From: Patescibacteria group bacterium
GTDB taxonomy: Bacteria; Patescibacteriota; Minisyncoccia; Phycocordibacterales; WO2-35-19
Direction: 5' to 3'
Assembly: GCA_038064735.1 (NCBI GenBank)
Contig: JBBTSI010000011.1
Coordinates: 1,768-65,767, forward strand
DNA: 64,000 nt
In this document: positions 1-9,304 of the stretch, piece by piece
Layout of the letters: every line of letters starts with the position of its first letter
How positions within the stretch are numbered: the first letter of the stretch is position 1
Translations under genes and position numbers: made by a program
Notes under the pieces: generated by a model
What the model was told of the DNA's origin: nothing
The model's input: the letters and a program-made list of their open reading frames with translations, nothing else
The model's database searches: none

Positions 1-1107
1 GACATCAGAGATATCTAGTCCTCTAGCGGCCACATCGGTAGCCACCAAAATCTGAACTTTATTTTCTTTGAAAAGTCCTAAAGCGCGCTGGCGTCCATTT
101 TGATTTTTATTACCGTGAATTGATTCTGCTTTGAAGCCTCTCTTCACCAAAGTAGTAGAGAGCTTTTCCACACCGTGTTTGGTACGGCCGAAAATTAAAA
201 CTTTGTTGAATTCTGCTTTATTAAGTAAGTCATGAAGTATGTCGAGTTTATCCGTACCTTTTTGTACTCGCACAACATCTTGATCAATATTTTTGGCTGT
301 ATCTCTAACTTTAACCGAAACAGTGACGGGTTCGTGTAAAAATTCTTTAACTAAACCCTCAATCTCTTTGGACAAAGTCGCTGAAAAGAAAAGTGTATGG
401 CGACCTACCGGCATTTTGGCCATCATGAATCTCATATCGTTTATGAAGCCCATATCAAGCATCCGATCAGCTTCGTCAAGAACCACTGTATTGAATTCAG
501 ACAAGTTTAAACATTTATTCTCAATCATATTTTTTATTCTCCCCGGAGTACCAATGATAAATTCGTTTCGGTATTTCAAATCTCGCATTTGTTTACCCAT
601 CGGTAGTCCGCCGACAAGCAACGCCGAATAGAGCTTCATACCGAGGGTGAAGTCTTTAAGTTCTTGTTCAATTTGAATCGCAAGTTCACGAGTAGGCACG
701 ACAATCAAAACATTTTCATTTTTGTTTGCCAAAACTTTATTGATAAGCGGTATAATGAACGCCGCCGTTTTGCCGGTACCGGTATTAGCGATACCAACGA
801 CATCACTACCATTTAAGACAAACGGAATAACCTTGTCCTGAATAGGAGTAGGGAGCTGATAACCTTTTTTTATAATGTTGGCTTTGAGCCGTTCGTCGAC
901 AGCAAAATCCGCAAAACAATGTACAGGAATAAATTTTTCAACTTTTTCCTCAACTATTGTTTTGTTAATGAATCTAGCATGATCAATCCTGTCTACTTTG
1001 CCACTACGAGAACTCCTCTGAAAATTTCTTCCAGAATTTTGAGAATTCCTTTGCGGAGGTTTTTGGCCAAATCGGCCACGACTAAAATTAGTCCTTCTTT
1101 TTTCCAT
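1..1107 (-). CDS. DEAD-box ATP-dependent RNA helicase, truncated at the window edge (N-terminus at 1107). Carries an N-terminal RG-rich tail.
   Basis: Reverse-strand translation shows the Q-motif region, GTGKTAAF (Walker A), VLDEADRMLDMGF (DEAD box), SAT, and the helicase-C motif VATDVAARGLDI. Start ATG is at 1105-1107. Confidence 0.85.
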   Translation of the reverse strand, partial: MEKRRTNFSRGRFGQKPPQRNSQNSGRNFQRSSRSGKVDRIDHARFINKTIVEEKVEKFIPVHCFADFAVDERLKANIIKKGYQLPTPIQDKVIPFVLNGSDVVGIANTGTGKTAAFIIPLINKVLANKNENVLIVVPTRELAIQIEQELKDFTLGMKLYSALLVGGLPMGKQMRDLKYRNEFIIGTPGRIKNMIENKCLNLSEFNTVVLDEADRMLDMGFINDMRFMMAKMPVGRHTLFFSATLSKEIEGLVKEFLHEPVTVSVKVRDTAKNIDQDVVRVQKGTDKLDILHDLLNKAEFNKVLIFGRTKHGVEKLSTTLVKRGFKAESIHGNKNQNGRQRALGLFKENKVQILVATDVAARGLDISDV

Positions 1108-1251
1108 AAATTTTAAATTGAGGCATATTACGTCTCCGAAGTTTCCAATAAAGACGTTTGCCTCTACAATCCTGAAATAATGCTCTGGACCGAAACTAGT
1201 GAGTTTGACTCAATTGATATCAGTATATACTAAACCGTCTTTTTTGTCAAA

Positions 1252-1280
1252 TTAAAACGTCCCCACCAAGAGGGAACGTT
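1252..1280 (-). terminator. Intrinsic terminator hairpin for the minus-strand gene 1312..2235.
   Basis: aaacgtcccc-accaa-gagggaacgttt forms an imperfect stem and is followed on the minus strand by a T-run. Confidence 0.4.
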
Positions 1281-1311
1281 TTAATTTGAGCATAGGTCTA
1301 ATAACTAGATG

Positions 1312-2235
1312 TTATATATTTGGGGAAGTAAAAGAACCCGAATAATAGCTTGTATTACCAGCAGCATCGCTACTTCCTACTGTGTAATAATACAAAGTAC
1401 TGGTAGCCAAACTGGGCAAACTTAATTGATGGAAAAACGAGAGAGTATCAACGCTAGCTATTGGAGCAGTGGTGGTAGAAACCGGAGAAACATTACCGAA
1501 CCAAATCTTACTGTTAGAAGCTTCGTTTGTAACCCAAATCACACTGACCGTGCTAGTACTTGAACCAATATTTGTAGCAAAAAGAATGTTTGGAAGAGTC
1601 ACATCCGCTGTTGGTTGCTTTTTTGTTACAAAAGAAAGTTCACTAGAGGTTGCGGCATTACCAGATGAATCAGTTGAAACTACTTTAAAATAATAAGTTT
1701 TATCTGGAATCAAATCAGTTAAGTTTATCTTGTGATTGAGCAATAAGGTGCCAGAACTTACGAATAATGTATCAGCTGCACCGATAGTCACAGGGCTGGT
1801 AGTACCATAATACACTTTGCTATCAGCCAATTTATTTGTGTTCCATCTTATAGCGGACGAAGAAGTTCCAATATCTATTGCGGCAACATTGGAGACAATA
1901 ATGCGAGCAGTGCTGGAAGACTGGTTGTTATTATTGTCATCTCTAGTGTTATTATAATTTTTGTTCCACCAAAACCAATTTAAAAACTTGTTTCCATCTC
2001 TATTGCTTCTCATGGCACTCATAAAAGCTCCCCAAGTACTGACTTTTTTCACCTCTTTTTTTATTTCTTTTTGTTCTTGCTTCACTTCTTTCTTGATTTC
2101 TTTTATTTCTTGGTTACTTTTGTTTTTATTGCCATTATCATTATCGGCAAAAGCCAAAGCCGGACTCAAAGAGAAAAATCCAGAAAAGGACATTATAACT
2201 GCCAAAAAGGCACTGCTTAATCTTTTGATATTCAT
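1312..2235 (-). CDS. Secreted protein with signal peptide, a Lys/Glu-rich repeat (KEIKKEVKQEQKEIKKEVKK) and a fibronectin-III-like beta-sandwich domain.
   Basis: N-terminal MNIKRLSSAFLAVIMSFSGFFSLSPALAFA is a signal peptide. The C-terminal segment IRWNTNKLADSKVYYGTTSP...YYFKVVSTDSSGN resembles an FN3/PKD fold. The gene is divergent from the ECF sigma gene. Confidence 0.55.
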   Translation of the reverse strand: MNIKRLSSAFLAVIMSFSGFFSLSPALAFADNDNGNKNKSNQEIKEIKKEVKQEQKEIKKEVKKVSTWGAFMSAMRSNRDGNKFLNWFWWNKNYNNTRDDNNNNQSSSTARIIVSNVAAIDIGTSSSAIRWNTNKLADSKVYYGTTSPVTIGAADTLFVSSGTLLLNHKINLTDLIPDKTYYFKVVSTDSSGNAATSSELSFVTKKQPTADVTLPNILFATNIGSSTSTVSVIWVTNEASNSKIWFGNVSPVSTTTAPIASVDTLSFFHQLSLPSLATSTLYYYTVGSSDAAGNTSYYSGSFTSPNI

Positions 2236-2343
2236 GTTTTTTTATTAGCTGTTAATTTAAATTTAAATTGCTTATAATTACGGCCTAACACTAATAATGA
2301 CGCTTGTGGCAGACGGATATTACACCGTAATAAAACCCTTAGT

Positions 2344-2883
2344 TTGCCGTCTATATATATGGAAATGCCTAAAGAAATATTCCTCAGGTCTTACAACCTT
2401 TACTCAGACGAAATATTCAGATTCGTCGTTTTCAAGCTGAGTGACAGAGAAAAAGCCAAAGATATCCTTCAGGATGTTTTCATGAGGACATGGATGTACA
2501 TTTCCAAAAATGGCAAAATTGACAACATCAGGGCCTTCTTATACAAAGCGGCTGGCAATGCAGTCATAGATGAATACAGAAGAAAAGACCGCAGGGACAA
2601 CAAACTTGATTCTCTTGAAACTATGGCCGAAGATGGATATGACCCTGGTTTTGACGATACTGACTCCCTGATTGAAAAGTTGGACGGAGAAGCTGCGATG
2701 AAGTTAATTCGAGAATTACCGGAAATTTATGCTGAAGTTTTGTTTCTCAGATATTCAGAAAACAAAGACATTTCCGAAATAGCTGAACTAACTGATAGAT
2801 CGAACAACACGGTTTCGGTCCAGATTAATAGAGGAATCAAACAGCTAAAAACAATCATCAATAAACATAAAAATAATTTATAA
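2344..2883 (+). CDS. RNA polymerase sigma-70 factor, ECF subfamily.
   Basis: Region 2 reads RTWMYISKNGKIDNIRAFLYKAAGNAVIDEYRRKDRR. Region 4 HTH reads EVLFLRYSENKDISEIAELTDRSNNTVSVQINRGIKQLK. Confidence 0.8.
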   Translation: MPSIYMEMPKEIFLRSYNLYSDEIFRFVVFKLSDREKAKDILQDVFMRTWMYISKNGKIDNIRAFLYKAAGNAVIDEYRRKDRRDNKLDSLETMAEDGYDPGFDDTDSLIEKLDGEAAMKLIRELPEIYAEVLFLRYSENKDISEIAELTDRSNNTVSVQINRGIKQLKTIINKHKNNL

Positions 2884-2887
2884 AAAT

Positions 2888-3562
2888 ATGGAAAAATTAT
2901 TCGCAAAAATAAAAAAAGAAAGACTTGGCGCTGATGAAAAAGCGGAAATTTTTTCCAATCTCAAAAATTTCGTAAACGAAAATCCTATCCAAAAAATCAA
3001 ATCACCATACTCCAACCCGTGGCAAATTTTTCTTGAACATAAAACTTTTGCTACAACAGTTGCTTCCGCCATCCTTATCGTATCTTTGACTGGAAGTACC
3101 GTTTTGGCTGCTAAAAATTCATTACCCGGTGACAAACTATATCCCATAAAAATGTTAGATGAAAAAGTACAATCATTCACCACTATAGGAGCCGAAGCTC
3201 AAGCAGAAATTCATGCCTCGCAAGCTATTTCCCGCCTGCAAGAAGTGGAACAGATGGTAACAAAAAAGATACCTCTCGATATAGAAACAAAAAAAGAAAT
3301 CCAAAATAATTTCGGTAATCAGACCAGAGAAATGGAAAATCATATTAATAAATTAAAAGATAGCGGAGACAATAAAAAAGCAGAAAAAATACAATCAGAT
3401 TTCGAATCATCAATTTCCGAACACAAAAAAGCCATTATTGAGCTATCAAATATCGAAGATAAAAAATCTGAAAATCACCAAGGAGAAGTGAAAGGGGCAC
3501 AAAATGCCAAAGAAAATAACTCGAAGAAAAATACTGAAAAAAATCAGAAAAATAACGACTAA
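2888..3562 (+). CDS. Putative anti-sigma factor: single-pass membrane protein with a charged coiled C-terminal region.
   Basis: Lies immediately downstream of the ECF sigma gene with a 4-nt gap. One TM helix (FATTVASAILIVSLTGSTVLAA) is followed by a K/E-rich ectodomain. Confidence 0.5.
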   Translation: MEKLFAKIKKERLGADEKAEIFSNLKNFVNENPIQKIKSPYSNPWQIFLEHKTFATTVASAILIVSLTGSTVLAAKNSLPGDKLYPIKMLDEKVQSFTTIGAEAQAEIHASQAISRLQEVEQMVTKKIPLDIETKKEIQNNFGNQTREMENHINKLKDSGDNKKAEKIQSDFESSISEHKKAIIELSNIEDKKSENHQGEVKGAQNAKENNSKKNTEKNQKNND

Positions 3563-3564
3563 AA

Positions 3565-4455
3565 TTATTTTGTCAAAGTTTTAGAAATCAGATGCGTTAG
3601 AAATTCTCTGATGTTTCCACCTGTGGCCTCCAAAGACTTCATGAAAGGAAAACTATGTGAAAGTTTTGGCAGAGTGTTAGTTTCCAATATAAAAAGGCCT
3701 CGTTTGGGATGCAAAATAAAATCAGATCCGGAATAATGTCTTAAACCCAAAATTTGGTGTGCTAAAATTGCCGTTTCTTGAATTTGTATCTTTTCTTCAT
3801 TACTAAAATTCCCAATCGGTAGAGGAGTATAATATTTTTGACCTCTAAAATCTTCGATAACTCCGCAAGCTACTTCCTTACCTTCGATATATTCTTCCAC
3901 CAAAAGCTCAGCTGAATGTTCAAAAGATTTTTCTAGAGCTTCTTTTATATCTAAAATTTTGCCAACAAAAGAAAAACCCAAAGAAGAACCTGAATTCAGC
4001 GGTTTGATAATAATAGGAAAAGGCAAACTCTCGTTAATTTTGCCAACTAAATTTTTTTCATCTCTATTTATGACAATATGATGCGGAGTTTTAAGACCTT
4101 GACGATTGAAAATTTCTTTCGTCATTTTTTTGTTCATACTGAGAGCCGAAGCTATGGAATTAGAGCCAGTATAAGGAACATGAAAATGCTCAAGGATTTT
4201 TTGAACTGTGCCATCTTCACCATAAGCGCCGTGCATAGCGTTTATCGCTACGTCAATAGTCTTCAAAATATCGTAAGGATTTTTTTGCAAACCTCTAGCG
4301 TGCCACTCACCATCTTTGGAAATAAAAATATCTAACGGCTCATATTCTTCTGGCAAATTGGCTAACACCGCCCCGCCGGTTTTTAAAGACACATCATATT
4401 CGGGTGATGGCCCGCCACGCAAAACTCCTACTCTGATTTTATGAGAAAACGACAT
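3565..4455 (-). CDS. ddl: D-alanine--D-alanine ligase.
   Basis: Matches are RVGVLRGGPSPEYDVSLKTG, HGAYGEDGTVQ, and an ATP-grasp region EYIEGKEVACGVIED ... LETNTLP. Confidence 0.85.
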   Translation of the reverse strand: MSFSHKIRVGVLRGGPSPEYDVSLKTGGAVLANLPEEYEPLDIFISKDGEWHARGLQKNPYDILKTIDVAINAMHGAYGEDGTVQKILEHFHVPYTGSNSIASALSMNKKMTKEIFNRQGLKTPHHIVINRDEKNLVGKINESLPFPIIIKPLNSGSSLGFSFVGKILDIKEALEKSFEHSAELLVEEYIEGKEVACGVIEDFRGQKYYTPLPIGNFSNEEKIQIQETAILAHQILGLRHYSGSDFILHPKRGLFILETNTLPKLSHSFPFMKSLEATGGNIREFLTHLISKTLTK

Positions 4456-4492
4456 GATTTTATTTTATCATATTTTGATATAGAATAACTAT

Positions 4493-5518
4493 ATGGAAAT
4501 CGCTTTATATAGGAAATATAGGCCTGATAATTTTAAAGAGGTTAAAGGCCAAGACCATATCGTTTCGGTTTTGGAACATGAAGCCAAAATGAGCAAAGTC
4601 TCACATGCTTATCTTTTTTCCGGTAGCCGTGGCACAGGCAAAACCTCCATCGCCCGCATTTTTGCCAAATCGCTTGGTGTAAACCCTGAAGACATTTATG
4701 AGATAGATGCCGCTTCCAACCGCGGTATCGATGAAATCAGGGCCATCCGCGATGCGGTGCACACTTACCCTTATTCTTCAAAATACAAAGTTTACATAGT
4801 TGACGAAGTTCATATGCTCACCCGCGAGGCTTGGAATGCTTTCCTCAAAACTTTGGAGGAACCGCCTGAGCACGTCATCTTCATCATGGCCACTACTGAA
4901 CAGCACAAATTGCCGGACACGGTAGTTTCGCGTTGTGAATGTTTCGCTTTCAAAAAACCTTCTCACCAAATTTTGGTTGAAGAAATTTTGAGAGTCGCCA
5001 AGGAAGAAAAATATGAAATTGAAAAAAAGTCAGCTTCGCTTATCGCGACGCTTGCCGACGGCTCTTTCCGCGATGCTCTTTCTATTTTGCAAAAAGCGAT
5101 GCATTCATCTAATGATACCAAACTAACACACACCGAAATAGAAAATGTTTTAGGTGCCCCAAAAGAATCTTTTATTTTGGAAGTATTGGAAGGTATCGCC
5201 GAACAAAATACAGAGAGAGGAATCGGGGCAGTGAGAAAAGCCAGTGAAGAAAATGCCGACATGGAAGTCTTCCTCAAAATGATTTTGCGCTCACTGCGAT
5301 TCGTTTTGCTTTTGCGTTTCGCTCCAGATATGAAAAATTTGGTCATAGACGAAACAGGGGAAGAAGAATTTGAAAAATTGGCCGAGCTTGCCAAAACTGC
5401 CAAAAACATCAACTCCAAAACTTTACTTGCCTTTTTAGAAGGCTATTCACGCCAAGCATATGCCTCAATCCCCGAACTGCCTATCGAACTTGCTATTATA
5501 GAATCTTGTGGAAATTAA
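4493..5518 (+). CDS. dnaX: DNA polymerase III subunit gamma/tau, short form (341 aa).
   Basis: Motifs YRKYRPDNFKEVKGQDHIV, Walker A GSRGTGKTS, IVDEVHML, and sensor TVVSRC are present. Confidence 0.85.
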   Translation: MEIALYRKYRPDNFKEVKGQDHIVSVLEHEAKMSKVSHAYLFSGSRGTGKTSIARIFAKSLGVNPEDIYEIDAASNRGIDEIRAIRDAVHTYPYSSKYKVYIVDEVHMLTREAWNAFLKTLEEPPEHVIFIMATTEQHKLPDTVVSRCECFAFKKPSHQILVEEILRVAKEEKYEIEKKSASLIATLADGSFRDALSILQKAMHSSNDTKLTHTEIENVLGAPKESFILEVLEGIAEQNTERGIGAVRKASEENADMEVFLKMILRSLRFVLLLRFAPDMKNLVIDETGEEEFEKLAELAKTAKNINSKTLLAFLEGYSRQAYASIPELPIELAIIESCGN

Positions 5519-5542
5519 AAATAAATTACATAATTAAATAAT

Positions 5543-6133
5543 ATGGAAGCTTGGATTATTTCAACATACGCTTCACATCACTATTTAATATACGCGCTTA
5601 TTTTAGTTGTTGGGTTCTTGGAAGGGCCTTATGTATCGATGGTTTGTGGAGCCATCCTCTCTTTAGGATTCTTAAATTTTTGGCCACTTTATATCGCTCT
5701 TATGATTGGCGACCTTATTGGTGACGTCATGTGGTATTTTATCGGTTACCGTTTCGGGGAAAGATTTGCACTAAAATATGGTAAATATTTCAAACTTAAT
5801 CAAGAACACATCACGAGAATCAAAACCATTTTTCACAAACATAAAAATCCTCTGCTTTTCCTTTCCAAAATAAGCAACGGCATGGGCTTTGCTTTGGCCG
5901 TGCTTTTCACTGCCGGTATGTCTAGGATTAATTTTTGGAAATTTATCGCTGTAAATGCCTTAGGACAACTCATGTGGTCTGGAATACTCATTGCTGTAGG
6001 TTTCTTTTTTGGTAATTTATATATGAGTATAAACAACGTGATGGGTAAGATTTCAATATTAGTAGTGTTTGCGATTTTCATTTTCGCAGTTATCAGATTT
6101 ATTAAATATCTTAGAGAAAAAGCTAACTTATAA
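5543..6133 (+). CDS. DedA/SNARE-associated family membrane protein.
   Basis: Multi-TM protein with DedA-type core LEGPYVSMVCGAILSLGF ... GYRFGERFALKYGKYF. Confidence 0.7.
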   Translation: MEAWIISTYASHHYLIYALILVVGFLEGPYVSMVCGAILSLGFLNFWPLYIALMIGDLIGDVMWYFIGYRFGERFALKYGKYFKLNQEHITRIKTIFHKHKNPLLFLSKISNGMGFALAVLFTAGMSRINFWKFIAVNALGQLMWSGILIAVGFFFGNLYMSINNVMGKISILVVFAIFIFAVIRFIKYLREKANL

Positions 6134-6138
6134 TTATT

Positions 6139-6861
6139 ATGAAATTAAGTATCATTGTTCCAACTCGCAACGAAGAAAAATATATTGAGAAGACTCTAGA
6201 TTGTTACTTGAGTATAAATCTAGACAAAGAAATAATCGTAACTGACGATGGTAGTACAGATAAAACTCTCGAAATACTGAAAAAATATGGAGATAAAATA
6301 AAAGTCTTGGATCACGAAAAAACCAAATCCATCGCAGCCAATCGTAATATTGGAGCAAGAGAAGCAAAGGGTGAATTTTTTGCATTTTTGGATGCCAGCA
6401 CTTTTGTAAAAGATCCGAATGATTTTTTTAACAAAGCTATTTCAATGTTTGAACAAGATAAAGATTTAATTGCACTCACAGGTAAACTCAGTGTAGTACC
6501 TGAACTTGAAACTTTTGGAGATAAATTAGTCCACTTCTTTTTTAATCTAGTTATAATGATTAGAGACAATTATCTTGGATCAGGAGAAGCTTCAGGAAAA
6601 TTCCAGATGATGAAGAGGGGGGCTTTTGAAAAAATGGTTGGATTTAATGAAGATCTAATCGCGGGAGAAGATTCAAATATGTTTTATAGATTATCTAAAA
6701 TTGGTAAGGTCCGTTATTTCAGTTTTCTTGAAGTCTTCCACACCAGCCGCAGATCTCACACTATTGGTTGGCCGAGACTTCTTCTTATGTGGATGATAAA
6801 TATTTTTTGGATAAATATTTTTGGTAAATCAAAATTAAAAGAGTGGTCAATCATAAGATAA
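6139..6861 (+). CDS. Family 2 glycosyltransferase.
   Basis: MKLSIIVPTRNEEKYIEKTLDCYL ... VTDDGSTDKT, plus DAS/DxD-region motifs. Confidence 0.75.
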   Translation: MKLSIIVPTRNEEKYIEKTLDCYLSINLDKEIIVTDDGSTDKTLEILKKYGDKIKVLDHEKTKSIAANRNIGAREAKGEFFAFLDASTFVKDPNDFFNKAISMFEQDKDLIALTGKLSVVPELETFGDKLVHFFFNLVIMIRDNYLGSGEASGKFQMMKRGAFEKMVGFNEDLIAGEDSNMFYRLSKIGKVRYFSFLEVFHTSRRSHTIGWPRLLLMWMINIFWINIFGKSKLKEWSIIR

Positions 6862-6866
6862 AAAAT

Positions 6867-7577
6867 ATGAAAATCAGTTTAGTTATGCCTGCTTATAATG
6901 AAGAAAAATACATAAAAGAAAGCCTTGAAAGTGTTTCAAAATACGGCCAAGATATTTTTGAAATTATTGTTATCAATAATGGAAGTACTGACCAAACATT
7001 TGAAGTTGCCCAAAAATTCCCAAATGTACGTGTTGTAAATGAACCCCAAAAAGGACTACCTCTTGCAAGAAATAGGGGATTACAAGAAGCCAGTGGTGAT
7101 GTCGTAGCTTTTGTAGATGCTGACACAAGAATTTCAAAAAAATGGGTCTCAGAAATAAAAAAAGAATTCCAAGGAAATCCAAATTTGGTTTCTTTAAGTG
7201 GCCCTTACAGATATTATGATGCCACCCTTATACAAAAAATATTGACTTGGGTTTATTGGAATTTTTTGGCTTATCCATCATATTTGTTGACCGGTTATCT
7301 TGGAATACTTGGCAATCTGGCGGCCAAAAAAGAAGCTCTGCAAAAAATAGGTGGATTTGATAAAAATATAAAATTTTATGGAGACGACACCGACATAACC
7401 AAAAGGCTTCATAAAATTGGCAAAGTAAAATTTTCATCAAACTTCTTTGTTTACTCATCAGCCAGAAGATTTAAAGGAGAAGGACTTTTGAAAACTGGCT
7501 ACAGATATGGTATAAATTTCTTGTCGATTGTCTTTCTAAATAAGCCATGGACTTCCACTAGTTCAGAAATAAGATAA
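6867..7577 (+). CDS. Family 2 glycosyltransferase, a paralog of the upstream gene.
   Basis: MKISLVMPAYNEEKYIKESLESV ... IVINNGSTDQT ... VDADT. The start was chosen at the internal ATG that follows an AAAAATATG context. Confidence 0.75.
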   Translation: MKISLVMPAYNEEKYIKESLESVSKYGQDIFEIIVINNGSTDQTFEVAQKFPNVRVVNEPQKGLPLARNRGLQEASGDVVAFVDADTRISKKWVSEIKKEFQGNPNLVSLSGPYRYYDATLIQKILTWVYWNFLAYPSYLLTGYLGILGNLAAKKEALQKIGGFDKNIKFYGDDTDITKRLHKIGKVKFSSNFFVYSSARRFKGEGLLKTGYRYGINFLSIVFLNKPWTSTSSEIR

Positions 7578-8206
7578 TGGAACAAATAAAAGCTCAATAC
7601 AAAAGTCATTTTACAAATAAAGAATTTTTGATGTCTTTGTTGTTTTCCTTTTTTATATTCGGATTAGCACTTGTTGCCAATTTTTATGCTGGCACTTATG
7701 CTACCAAGATTGCCAGCAATTCCGTTACCGACATTATACTTTCTAACATCAGAGCTTACGATTTGGATGGAGTTTTTGTTTACGGTTCTTTTGTATTTTT
7801 TATTTTTGGATTATTTCTTTGTATCATAAAACCACGGCAAACACCTTTCATTATTAAAAGCGTTGCTTTGTTTATTGTTATCAGGGCAATATTTATTACT
7901 TTGACTCATATCGGACCTTTCCCATCACAGATAACCATCAATTCCGATATTTTAAGCAAATTAACATTTGGAGCAGATTTATTTTTTTCTGGACACACCG
8001 GTTTACCATTCCTTCTGGCTCTTATTTTTTGGGAAGAAAAAATTATCCGATATATTTCTTTGTTTTTCTCTCTTAGTTTTGCTGTTGTAGTTTTGCTTTC
8101 TCATATGCATTACACCATCGATGTTCTTTCCGCTTTTTTTATTACTTACGGTATTTACCACATAGCTTCATTTATTTTTCACAAAGATAAAGCATGGGAT
8201 TTATAA
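7577..8206 (+). CDS. PAP2-family (phosphatidic acid phosphatase type 2-like) membrane protein.
   Basis: Multi-TM protein with PAP2 signature elements SGHTGLP and SHMHYTIDVL. Confidence 0.6.
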   Translation: MEQIKAQYKSHFTNKEFLMSLLFSFFIFGLALVANFYAGTYATKIASNSVTDIILSNIRAYDLDGVFVYGSFVFFIFGLFLCIIKPRQTPFIIKSVALFIVIRAIFITLTHIGPFPSQITINSDILSKLTFGADLFFSGHTGLPFLLALIFWEEKIIRYISLFFSLSFAVVVLLSHMHYTIDVLSAFFITYGIYHIASFIFHKDKAWDL

Positions 8207-8690
8207 TAACTATATTCCTAAAATTCAACACAAAATTGGCGTGATAATAATTAAGTAACAATAATCTTTCGATATCGGTCTGTACTGCTATAAGGTCGAA
8301 AATTATAAATAAACCGTTGTAAAAGAAGCTAAATATTTTAATCCAACGGGGAACGAAGTTTAATCAATTTTTAACGGCCCACCAAAGATGTTAGGCACCT
8401 CCAAGTTTGTCCTAGGATTACCCTAAGGCTCGCTTGATAGTTAGCCAAATCTTCGAGGCGATTATGTGTTCGTTAATCCCCGTAATTAATAGCGTAAAAA
8501 CAAATACTATGTGATTAAATCCATAAATTTGCAAAAGAAGCTTCTCCCGAGGCTTCTTTTCGCTGTATCACCCACGCCACCCCGCGAGCAATCAAGGGGA
8601 TTTTCTTTAGTCCCGAGAAGCTTTAGCGAAGTGGGATTTTTTACTAATTCACTGAAATATGTTAATCTAACTTCGTCCAATTAAGAATAT

Positions 8691-8761
8691 TGGGAGGTCG
8701 TCTAACGGCAGGACAGGTGCCTTTGAAGCACTCAATGAAGGTTCGATTCCTTCCCTCCCAG
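8691..8761 (+). tRNA. tRNA-Gln, anticodon UUG.
   Basis: Hand-folded cloverleaf. The acceptor stem is TGGGAGG/CCTCCCA with U1:A72, as is usual for tRNA-Gln. The D arm is gtct/ggac. The anticodon stem is ggtgc/gcact with loop cTTTGaa (U33, anticodon TTG, A37). The T arm is gaagg-TTCGATT-ccttc, and the discriminator is G. Confidence 0.8.
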
Positions 8762-8793
8762 CCCGAATAAAACTTGTTTGGTATAATATAGAT

Positions 8794-9240
8794 ATGAAAA
8801 AAGTTATTATATTTTTAGGGATTGTGGTTGTTTTTATCAGCATATTTTATGTTTTTAGTAACAACAAAAAAACTATAATTGGTGGAGATAAAGATATACA
8901 TGGATGTCTTGGTCCAGCCGGATATTCTTGGTGCGAAGCTAAGCAACTCTGTATAAGACCATGGGAAGAATATTGCACCGCAACTGTCGGCAAAACTGTC
9001 AGTTTCACTTGCGATGCCGCCAAATCTATTATTGCTACTTTTTATATAGGAGATGATAAATTAGTTGATTTAAAACTAAGCGATGGCAAGAATATTTCTG
9101 TTCCACGCGCTATTTCTGCTTCTGGGGCGCGGTATGCCAATCAAGATGAAAGTTTCGTGTTTTGGAACAAAGGTGACACAGCTTTTATAACCGAAGGTGC
9201 CAGTAGTACCATGACTTTTAGCAACTGTGTTTTAAAATAA
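8794..9240 (+). CDS. MliC/PliC-family lysozyme-inhibitor-like lipoprotein or secreted protein, with an extra N-terminal Cys-rich segment.
   Basis: There is a signal/TM segment. The C-terminal portion LSDGKNISVPRAISASGARYANQDESFVFWNKGDTAFI matches the MliC hallmark (SASGARY ... W.KG). Confidence 0.55.
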   Translation: MKKVIIFLGIVVVFISIFYVFSNNKKTIIGGDKDIHGCLGPAGYSWCEAKQLCIRPWEEYCTATVGKTVSFTCDAAKSIIATFYIGDDKLVDLKLSDGKNISVPRAISASGARYANQDESFVFWNKGDTAFITEGASSTMTFSNCVLK

Positions 9241-9268
9241 CCACAACTTCGTACCAGACGGCCAACTG

Positions 9269-9298
9269 TTGACTTTTAATATCGGTTGGGAATATAAT
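9269..9298 (+). promoter_or_regulatory. Sigma-70-like promoter: TTGACT, 18-nt spacer, TATAAT.
   Basis: TTGACT lies at 9269-9274 and TATAAT at 9293-9298. Confidence 0.45.
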
Positions 9299-9304
9299 GT
9301 TGGC

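Noticed and set aside
293-631. 112-aa + strand ORF in the supplied ORF track.
   Set aside because: It lies antisense within the well-supported DEAD-box helicase gene on the minus strand and has no motifs. It is an antisense artefact.
1469-2248. + strand ORFs 1469..1693 and 1961..2248.
   Set aside because: They are antisense to the secreted-protein gene 1312..2235 and are low-complexity, mirror translations of the KE-repeat.
2878-3183. Minus-strand 101-aa ORF spanning the sigma/anti-sigma junction.
   Set aside because: It overlaps two co-directional, motif-supported + strand genes and is an antisense artefact.
8207-8690. tmRNA or RNase P RNA in the noncoding region before tRNA-Gln.
   Set aside because: No tRNA-like 5' GGGG ... 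/ 3' T-arm pairing outside the tRNA-Gln itself, no tag-peptide ORF, and no RNase P P4 consensus (AGGAAAGUCC ... ACAGAACCCGGCUUA). The region is left as an unclassified possible structured RNA.
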